A stretch of 32,000 nt of DNA, taken from a virus. The translations under genes were made by a program, and so were the position numbers. The notes under the pieces were generated by a model. It searched no databases, was not told the origin of the DNA, and worked only from the letters and a program-made list of their open reading frames with translations. The DNA is taken from IMG/VR virus record IMGVR_UViG_3300031576_000027, positions 46,962 to 78,961 of that record; one strand, 5' to 3'. Shown one piece after another: positions 27,982 to 32,000 of this stretch (position 1 is the stretch's first letter; each line of letters starts with the position of its first letter).

Positions 27982-29592
27982 ATGAGCGTTCGCGCCGCGC
28001 CACCGGACAGTGGGCTTGCCGTCATCCTGCCGATCCCCAAGGCGCTCGCAGACCAGCTGGCGCTGGCCGACGTGGACGGCGCGACGCCGGCCGACGAGAT
28101 GCACGTGACGCTGGCCTACTTGGGCAAGGTCCAGGATCTGCCGACCGGGGCAGCTGCGCTGATGGAGGCCGTGGTGGCGGACTGCGCCAAGGCCCATCCG
28201 CCGGTTGCCGGTCTGGTGTCCGGCTGGGGCCGCTTCAACGCCAGCGCCAGCAGCGAGGGTCGCGACGTCATCCACCTGTCGTTCGACAGCCCGGGCCTGG
28301 CCGACCTGCGCGCGGACCTCGTGCGGCGCTTGGACGACGTGGGGTTGCCGATCAAGCGCGACCACGGCTTCGACCCGCACATCACCCTGGCCTACGTGCA
28401 GGCCGGTCGGCCCGTGCAGTTGGAGGTGGACACGTTCCCCGTGACGTGCGGCGAGATCCACGCCACCGCCTGGTCGGCCATGTTCCGACTGGCCAGCGCG
28501 TACGCGCTGGCGGGCGCCGTCGCAAAGCGCGCGGACGACCCCGTGCCCGTCGGGAAGCCGTTCGCCGGCTTCACCGACTTCGCGGACTGCGTGGCCGGCA
28601 ACCAGGACAAGGACGATCCCGAGGCGTTCTGCGCGTGGCTGCAGACGCAGGCCGGCGAGAAGACCAAGGCAACCTTCACCACCACCGACCTGGCGTCGGG
28701 TGGACGCATCGCACCGCAGCAAGGGCTCAAGCCCGCAGGGCACGCGCGCGGCGGCAAGCCGTACTGGCTGCCCAGCGAGGTGCCCGACGAGGACAAGGAG
28801 CGGCTGGCCAAGATGCTGGACACCAACCGCGACCAGGCGATGACGCACCTGGACCAGATGGCCAAGGCAATGGCCGGCGACACCAGCGACCGCTGCGCGT
28901 TCTGCAACGGCGTGGGGCACTACACCTACACGTGGGGCGATCGTGGCGCGCGCATGCTGACCTGCGCCCCGCATCGCGACATGGCGCACCGGATCACGCA
29001 CTGGTTCCAGACGGCAGCCACCGAGTACCGTTGGCCCGAGAAGGACGCGCTGCCTTCGACCGTCCCCGATCCCGCGGAAGAGGATCAGCGGATCCAGCCG
29101 GGTCCTGGCGCGGGCCACGCGATCCCGGAGGGCGACGAGGAGGAGGGCGTGTCGATGGCCAAGGCCGCGCCGGCAGCTGCGGCGGCCGCGGGGCCCAAGC
29201 AGGCCACCGCGATGCGCGTGATCAAGGCGCTGCAGGAGCAGCGGTACACGCTGTCGGTCGCCTACCCGGCCAACCAGATCGACGCGCACAAGGACTTCGC
29301 GACGGCGGCCCAGGTCGAGGAGACGGCCTGGGAGTACGCCAAGGGCGGGCGCAAGATCGGCCTCATGCACCGCAAGGGGACGGACGGCGCGGGCACCGTC
29401 GTGGAGTCCTACATCTACCGCGGACCGGACTGGCACATCGGCGGCGAAACGGTCAAGGCGGGTGACTGGCTGCTGGGCGTGATCTGGTCGGAGAACGCCT
29501 GGAACATGATCAAGGGCGGCGCCTACACGGGCCTGTCCATCCAGGGCTACGCGCGCAAGAAGGCGGCGGCGGCACGGCAATCGGCGGCCTGA
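27982..29592 (+). CDS. 2H phosphoesterase (LigT / 2'-5' RNA ligase-like) + Cys/His cluster + XkdF-type putative prohead protease fusion
   Basis: There are two H-x-T-x motifs: HVTL (28102-28113) and HITL (28378-28389). The central cluster is CAFCNGVGH...CAPHRDMAH. The C-terminal XkdF-like region (about 29241-29560) reads RYTLSVAYPANQIDAHKDFATAAQVEETAWEYAKGGRKIGLMH...VVESYIY...GDWLLGVIWSENAWNMIKGGAYTGLSIQG. Confidence 0.75.
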   Translation: MSVRAAPPDSGLAVILPIPKALADQLALADVDGATPADEMHVTLAYLGKVQDLPTGAAALMEAVVADCAKAHPPVAGLVSGWGRFNASASSEGRDVIHLSFDSPGLADLRADLVRRLDDVGLPIKRDHGFDPHITLAYVQAGRPVQLEVDTFPVTCGEIHATAWSAMFRLASAYALAGAVAKRADDPVPVGKPFAGFTDFADCVAGNQDKDDPEAFCAWLQTQAGEKTKATFTTTDLASGGRIAPQQGLKPAGHARGGKPYWLPSEVPDEDKERLAKMLDTNRDQAMTHLDQMAKAMAGDTSDRCAFCNGVGHYTYTWGDRGARMLTCAPHRDMAHRITHWFQTAATEYRWPEKDALPSTVPDPAEEDQRIQPGPGAGHAIPEGDEEEGVSMAKAAPAAAAAAGPKQATAMRVIKALQEQRYTLSVAYPANQIDAHKDFATAAQVEETAWEYAKGGRKIGLMHRKGTDGAGTVVESYIYRGPDWHIGGETVKAGDWLLGVIWSENAWNMIKGGAYTGLSIQGYARKKAAAARQSAA

Positions 29593-29645
29593 TCATCAAA
29601 GGGGCTTGACAGCGAGACTCGGGCGCGATCCTCTTGACATCAGAG

Positions 29646-30461
29646 ATGGCCGACCGCGCTGCGGAAGAACTGATCGACCAAGGGGCCAGCGAACTGGTGG
29701 ACCTGGACGTGGATCGCGTGGACGGCGTGGACAGCCCGGCGACGCGGCGCAAGTGGCTCATCATGAAGTCCCAGGAGGCAGGCATGTCGGTCAACGCGGC
29801 AGAACTGGAGAAGGCGACGGTGGGGCTGCTGGACGCGCTGGTGAAGGCCGGCGGCGAGGCGGGCCTGGATCTGCCGCCCGCGGCGATCGACGCCGTCAAC
29901 ACGGTGGGCAAGATGGTCGGCCTGCGCGTAACCCTCAAGGCCAAGCCCTTCCCCGGCGCGGCGCCCCCGTTCAAGCCCGAGGACGAGGAAGAGAAGAAGA
30001 AAGCCGCGGCGGCCGAGATGGCCAAGCAGGCCACGGGCACCTACGGCGGCGATCCGGCCGGCGGCGCCCAGCCTGAGCAGCCCGACGTTTTCAAGGGCCA
30101 GCCCGGTGCGGCCCCCAGCGCGGCCGTCGCCGCGCCCGCGACGCCGGCCCCGGCGGCCGACGTGGCCAAGATGGGCCCCGGCATGCACCCCGAGGAGGAG
30201 GACGAGATGTACGCACGCGGGACCGGCCGGATGAAGGCCATGGAGGAGCAGATCAAGGCCCTGACCGAGGCGCACGCGAAGCTGGCGTCGGCCTACGACG
30301 GCCTGCGGACGTCCTTCGAAAAGTCGGCGCGCCCCGCCAGTGCCCAGGCGACCGGCGTGCCGGTCACCAAGTCGGCGCCCAAGCCGATCAGCCGCGACAC
30401 GGCGCGGGACGCCTTCGCCGGCATCATGAGCAACGGCCCCAAGATGCCGGCGCGGCGCTGA
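29646..30461 (+). CDS. Scaffolding protein
   Basis: It lies between the protease-like gene and the major capsid gene. It is acidic, Ala/Pro-rich and low-complexity, with a coiled-coil segment (MKAMEEQIKALTEAHAKLASAYDGL). ATG 29646 is preferred over TTG 29634. Confidence 0.7.
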   Translation: MADRAAEELIDQGASELVDLDVDRVDGVDSPATRRKWLIMKSQEAGMSVNAAELEKATVGLLDALVKAGGEAGLDLPPAAIDAVNTVGKMVGLRVTLKAKPFPGAAPPFKPEDEEEKKKAAAAEMAKQATGTYGGDPAGGAQPEQPDVFKGQPGAAPSAAVAAPATPAPAADVAKMGPGMHPEEEDEMYARGTGRMKAMEEQIKALTEAHAKLASAYDGLRTSFEKSARPASAQATGVPVTKSAPKPISRDTARDAFAGIMSNGPKMPARR

Positions 30462-30519
30462 TCAACCACCACGGAACCCATGAACGGCGGGCCATGACGG
30501 CCCGGTGAGGAGCGGCAAG

Positions 30520-31527
30520 ATGAGCACGCAGCCCAATCAGGAGTGGCTCGAAAAGGCCACGCTGGTAACGTCGGACCTGACCGGCGGCACCGACGGCGGG
30601 TTGCTGTCGCCGCAGCAGTCGGAGTCCTTCCTGCGGGTCGCCATCGACTACACCACGATGGTCAAGGAGGCCCGGAACGAGTTCAGCAACAGCCCGTCGT
30701 TCGAAGTCCCGCGGCTGTCGTTCGGGTCCCGCATCCTGAAGCCCGGTACGGAAGGCACGCGCCTGGTGGACGGCGACCGCGTGAAGCCGACCACCGGACT
30801 GGCCAGCCTGAGCACCGTGCTGGTCAAGGGCGAGGTGCCCGTGTCCGACGAGGTGTTCGAAGACAACATCGAGAAGGACCGCATGGCCGACACGATCATG
30901 GCCATGGTCGCGGAGGGCGTGGGCCGCGACATCGAAGAGCTGTTCTGGAAGGGCGACACCGACCGGACCGGCGCCGAAGACACCTACCTGGATCTGATCA
31001 ACGGCTGGATCGCCCAGGCCCAGGACAACTTCCCCGCGGCACAGAAGATCGACACGGACGCCTCGGGCGGCCCGACGACCTACGACGGCCTCTTCGCGAA
31101 GATGGTCGAGTCGCTGCCGGCCCGCTACCGCCGGGACTACACCCGCCTGCGGTTCTACGTCCCGGTGTTCCACCGCGACAAGTACCAGGCGTCGCTGGCG
31201 GCACGCGGCACCGGCCTGGGCGACCAGGCCGTGATGGAGAACATGAACGCGCGTCTGGCGTTCCGGGGCATCCCGGTGCGCGAGGTGCCGGTCGCCACCG
31301 GGTCCGACAACGTCAACACGGTGTCGGTCAACTGGGAGCGGTTCGCGCTCCTGGTCGATCCGATGAACCTGATCGTCGGCTGGCACCGCCGGGTCCGCAT
31401 CGAGAAGTGGCGGGATCCGCGCGAGGGCGCCACGTCCTTCGTGGTGTCCGCCCGCTGCGACACCAAGTACGGGGATCCCAGCGCGGGCGTGCTCGCGTTC
31501 GACATCCCGACCGCCGGCCTCGGCTGA
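30520..31527 (+). CDS. Major capsid protein (HK97 fold)
   Basis: The RBS gaggag lies 7 nt upstream of ATG 30520. The sequence reads LLSPQQSESFLRVAIDYTTMVKEARNEF...LVKGEVPVSDEVFEDNIEKDRMADTIMAMVAEGVGRDIEELFWKGDT... and the gene follows the scaffold. Confidence 0.85.
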   Translation: MSTQPNQEWLEKATLVTSDLTGGTDGGLLSPQQSESFLRVAIDYTTMVKEARNEFSNSPSFEVPRLSFGSRILKPGTEGTRLVDGDRVKPTTGLASLSTVLVKGEVPVSDEVFEDNIEKDRMADTIMAMVAEGVGRDIEELFWKGDTDRTGAEDTYLDLINGWIAQAQDNFPAAQKIDTDASGGPTTYDGLFAKMVESLPARYRRDYTRLRFYVPVFHRDKYQASLAARGTGLGDQAVMENMNARLAFRGIPVREVPVATGSDNVNTVSVNWERFALLVDPMNLIVGWHRRVRIEKWRDPREGATSFVVSARCDTKYGDPSAGVLAFDIPTAGLG

Positions 31528-31540
31528 TCCTGACTGGTAG

Positions 31541-31569
31541 CCTGGGCAGCACCGCAGCAGCTGCCCAGG
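31541..31569 (+). terminator. 10-bp perfect stem-loop immediately after the major capsid gene
   Basis: The structure is cctgggcagc-accgcagca-gctgcccagg, 14 nt after the capsid stop. There is no T-tract. Confidence 0.45.
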
Positions 31570-31633
31570 CACATACCAGACACCACCAGAAGCAGCAGCA
31601 CCCGCAGATCGCACCACCTGGAGGACGCACGCA

Positions 31634-31945
31634 ATGGCGACGGAGAACCTGGGAGAAGCCAAGACGGTCGGCCAGCGCATGGCCACGGGCCAGGCGCAGT
31701 TGAAGTTCGCGCGCGTGGCCGGTGCGGCCGCGGACACGAACATCACGGTCACGGGCATCAGCCCGTACGACGTCGTGGTGGCGGCCTTCTCGCTGGCGAC
31801 CGGCGCCGCGTCGGGGTCGGGCGTGGACGACCTGGTGGACGAACTCAAGATCACCGCCGAGGACACCATCCAGTTCGACACCACCGCGACCACCGGCCTG
31901 GAGGTGCTGTTGATCTTCTGGCACTTCGCTGGCGGCCCGCGCTGA
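31634..31945 (+). CDS. Hypothetical structural-module protein (possible head decoration/accessory protein)
   Basis: RBS ctggaggacgcacgcaATG. It lies directly downstream of the capsid gene and is Ala/Thr/Gly-rich. Confidence 0.55.
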   Translation: MATENLGEAKTVGQRMATGQAQLKFARVAGAAADTNITVTGISPYDVVVAAFSLATGAASGSGVDDLVDELKITAEDTIQFDTTATTGLEVLLIFWHFAGGPR

Positions 31946-32000
31946 TCCAACTACCTGATCTGATGTACGCCTGACGCATCCTGCGGAGGGAACGCATGCG

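Noticed and set aside
27433-29580. 715-aa minus-strand ORF; also similar ORFs at 30424-31950 (508 aa) and 10780-12030 (416 aa)
   Set aside because: They lie antisense to the 2H-XkdF fusion, the major capsid gene and a chain of overlap-coupled small genes respectively. Their composition is low-complexity and Arg/Pro-rich, and no RBS or coupling signatures are present.
1-32000. Very frequent GATC (10 sites hand-counted in the first 1,440 nt, about twice the mononucleotide expectation), considered as a methylation-related signal
   Set aside because: The frequency is explained by codon usage: Ile is almost always ATC and preceding codons usually end in G. That predicts about 6 sites per kb, matching what is seen. 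It is not evidence for or against Dam-type methylation without proper codon-shuffled statistics.
1-32000. Search for CRISPR arrays, integrase/attachment sites, rRNA, lysis cassette and tail genes
   Set aside because: I saw no regularly spaced direct repeats, no tyrosine/serine recombinase motifs, no rRNA-like sequence and no recognisable endolysin or tail proteins. The window appears to end just after the head genes.

Overview
High-GC (roughly two-thirds G+C by eye) segment of a tailed dsDNA phage or prophage. Almost every gene is on the + strand and tightly packed. Most junctions are ATGA/GTGA/TGATG start-stop overlaps, which suggests translational coupling. I used these overlaps, third-position GC bias and recognisable motifs to choose real frames among the many spurious long ORFs typical of high-GC DNA. 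There are three modules. (1) 1-10.8 kb, replication/recombination/DNA modification: an SPP1-like replisome organizer, a G39P-like loader, an embedded PD-(D/E)XK endonuclease ORF, DUF1643, RusA, a ParB-methyltransferase carrying an inserted PLP-enzyme domain, and a DUF2493/SLOG protein. (2) 10.8-18.8 kb: a long run of small, mostly Cys-rich ORFs. It includes a seven-member paralogous zinc-ribbon family, a second DNA methyltransferase, DUF3850 and a YkgJ-type Cys-cluster protein. (3) 18.8-32 kb, packaging and head: TerS, five small genes including a stand-alone ClpX-type zinc finger, TerL, a portal with a C-terminal UDG-like domain, a Mu F/SPP1 gp7-like head morphogenesis protein, a 2H-phosphoesterase-XkdF fusion, scaffold and HK97-fold major capsid. 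A ~2.4 kb accessory island, mostly on the opposite strand (PTH2-like, YkgJ-like, RHH and others), interrupts the head module. I saw no rRNA, convincing tRNA, CRISPR array, integrase or att site. The candidates I rank highest for novelty are the ParB-MTase::PLP-domain chimera with its coupled SLOG gene, the portal-UDG fusion, the expanded zinc-ribbon paralog family, and the out-of-frame endonuclease ORF nested inside the loader ORF. All domain calls come from motif recognition by eye and need HMM or structure confirmation.
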